A stretch of DNA of 64,000 bases, taken from NCBI GenBank assembly GCA_964199315.1, contig OZ116699.1, positions 1,116,001 to 1,180,000 of the forward strand. The letters run 5' to 3'. Below the pieces are notes generated by a model that saw nothing but the letters and a program-made list of their open reading frames with translations, had not been told where the DNA came from and ran no database searches. The stretch comes from Orbicella franksi (taxonomy: Eukaryota). The position numbers were made by a program, and so were the translations under genes. Of this stretch, positions 62,130 to 64,000 are shown piece after piece (positions within the stretch are counted from its first letter, which is position 1; the number at the start of each line of letters is the position of its first letter).

Positions 62130-64000
62130 TTAGTTACTATCTCCACTTCCTGATTCTATGCTCTCATCCAGATGATCACCCTCTTGGCTTGGTTTCTCAG
62201 AGGTGATGTGATTTAATGCCGACCCACCACAGCCAGATGTCACTGAGGACTCATGAAGAAGCATGTGGTGCCCTAGTTCTGCTGATGAATTACAAACTTC
62301 CTCACATTCTGAACACCGATGCGGCTGTCCCCTGATGATGTCCTGATTTTTTGGAGTGTTATTATTATTGCTAGTCTTTAACTGCATAACATTGCTGTCA
62401 TCAAAGTCAAACTGCTTATCACGAGACTCATGTACATGCATATTGTGTCGTCGCAGATCACCTGAAATTAACATGTTACTATAAGTTATGCAGAGGTACA
62501 TCCCATGGCATTGCATTTGTCATTTCAAACATTGTGGCCAGTGCTTGACAACATAGACAACAACATGATAGACTGCATTCATATTTTCAAGCAAATATGA
62601 ATAATTATAAACAATGTTCTGTTTAGGGGAGAGGGGGGGGGGGGGGGGGCCAATACAGATCATCTTGTGTATGGAGTTTAATGACTGCAAGAAATAAATA
62701 AAGTGGAAATATAATTATCTGCATAACGTTTTGGTAAACATTTGGCTAAGTAACATGTTGCCAGCTACTTGAACCAAAATCTGGGACAGCTAGTGGAACC
62801 ACAACGTAATGAGGTGCCAGGGGTCAGACAAAATGAGTCCTCTCCAATGGGAGTTTGTTACATCGCAGTTCTTTTTGCACATTTTTCTATTACTGGGCTT
62901 AGGTGTTAGAATTGTTCATTACACTGGAAACAAGTTCCCCAATCAGGGTTTTTTCAAGCATTTCTTTACTACTAGTTGAGAGAAGTTTATTACAAATTTG
63001 ATTTCAATTTGATTTCAAGCAACAAATTTGATTTCAATTAGTAGTTATTCCTCATTCAGGTAAGACCAACATTTGGAGAATTAAATGCTTGGACTGCATA
63101 CTAACCTGATCTGTTGAAAGACTTGGGACAGTGATCACAAGCAAAGGGGCGCTGTTCTGAGTGTGTCACAATGTGCCGTCCCAGTTTACTTGAAGTGGCA
63201 AATGTCTTGGGGCAGTGAGGGCACTTATGTGGCTTCTCTCCTGTGTGAATGTATGTGTGCGTCTTCAAAGATATCGTTGTCGCAAAACTCTTCTCACAGT
63301 GTTTACAGTGGTAAGGACGCTCACCTATAGTGCAAATTTAAGAAATTAAAAATGGAGAACACTTGCCTATGAATTCAAAGAGTACAGTGAAGTCTCTGTA
63401 AGGCAGACCACCTAAGGGTGAGTTCTAACTTTCCATCTTAGTGAGGTGTCTGCTTTATAAAAGAGTGTTGACTGTATAATAGATTTGTACACACAAGAGA
63501 ACTAAAAATTTGTGATCTGTCAAACAACTCCAATAGGTAGCTAGAAATGAATACAGAATGTAGAGTACAACAGTCAGAAAAATTGCAACAAGGCCTCATA
63601 GTAGCTTGATACCACAGACTATTCAGATGGGTGGCTGCTGACCACAAAGAACTCCACACTCGAGTTGTAAACTGTGCAGAGCATGGAAATATTCAATCAG
63701 TGCTCAAAAAAGGGCTGTTCGCTCGTCAAGGACAAGTAGATTTTCTTGCCTGGCAAGCCACTTTTCATTCTGACTTGCCTGATGGGCATGGGATTCAGGC
63801 AAGTCATCTGCCAACTAAATTGTAATAAAAGTAAACTATGACCAGCCCAGGCCAAGCATTATTTGTAAGCTGCTTGTTTGAAGGTCAAGCTGGAATTCAA
63901 TTTTTTAGTTGGTGCAAGCCCTCTCAATCTGTCTTAAGATGCAGTAATAATTTAAAAGTAATCACCTGAATGAATTCTGCTGTGTCTTCGCAAATCATTT
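62130..64000 (-). CDS. C2H2 zinc-finger protein, 3' part (5' end outside the window)
   Basis: join(>64000-63966,63324-63106,62461-62130), with phase-1 junctions. NDLRRHSRIHSG / ERPYHCKHCEKSFATTISLKTHTYIHTGEKPHKCPHCPKTF..HIVTHSEQRPFACDHCPKSFNRSG / DLRRHNMHVH...CSECEEVCNSSAELGHHMLLH...GDSN*. Confidence 0.9.

Overview
Intron-rich, AT-rich eukaryotic DNA. The repeat families resemble those I recall from anthozoan (stony-coral-like) genomes; this is inferred, not proven. I reconstructed spliced genes by hand from GT/GC-AG sites, exon phase and protein similarity recalled from memory. In order: a possible gene running off the left edge (-); sideroflexin-5 (+, 14 exons, 328 aa); an orphan gene with a PPxY motif and acidic tract (-, about 199 aa); an NSD-family H3K36 methyltransferase (-, 8 exons, 1169 aa, plus a candidate alternative last exon); BNIP1/SEC20 (+, 5 exons, 232 aa), head-to-head with NSD; a single-domain hexokinase (-, 6 coding exons, 465 aa), head-to-head with TAF5L (+, 6 exons, 595 aa, with an upstream uORF); and the 3' end of a C2H2 zinc-finger gene (-). 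Introns carry many short non-autonomous DNA transposons with readable TIRs and TSDs (TA, TTAA, 5 bp, 8 bp), one nested inside another. I found no tRNA, rRNA, CRISPR array, transposase ORF or prokaryote-type system. Best leads: the NSD alternative terminal exon, ET-binding-like and AT-hook motifs in NSD, the orphan gene, the TAF5L uORF/YY1-like motif, candidate nested units in TAF5L intron 3, and possible ancient NSD-BNIP1-HK-SFXN5 linkage.
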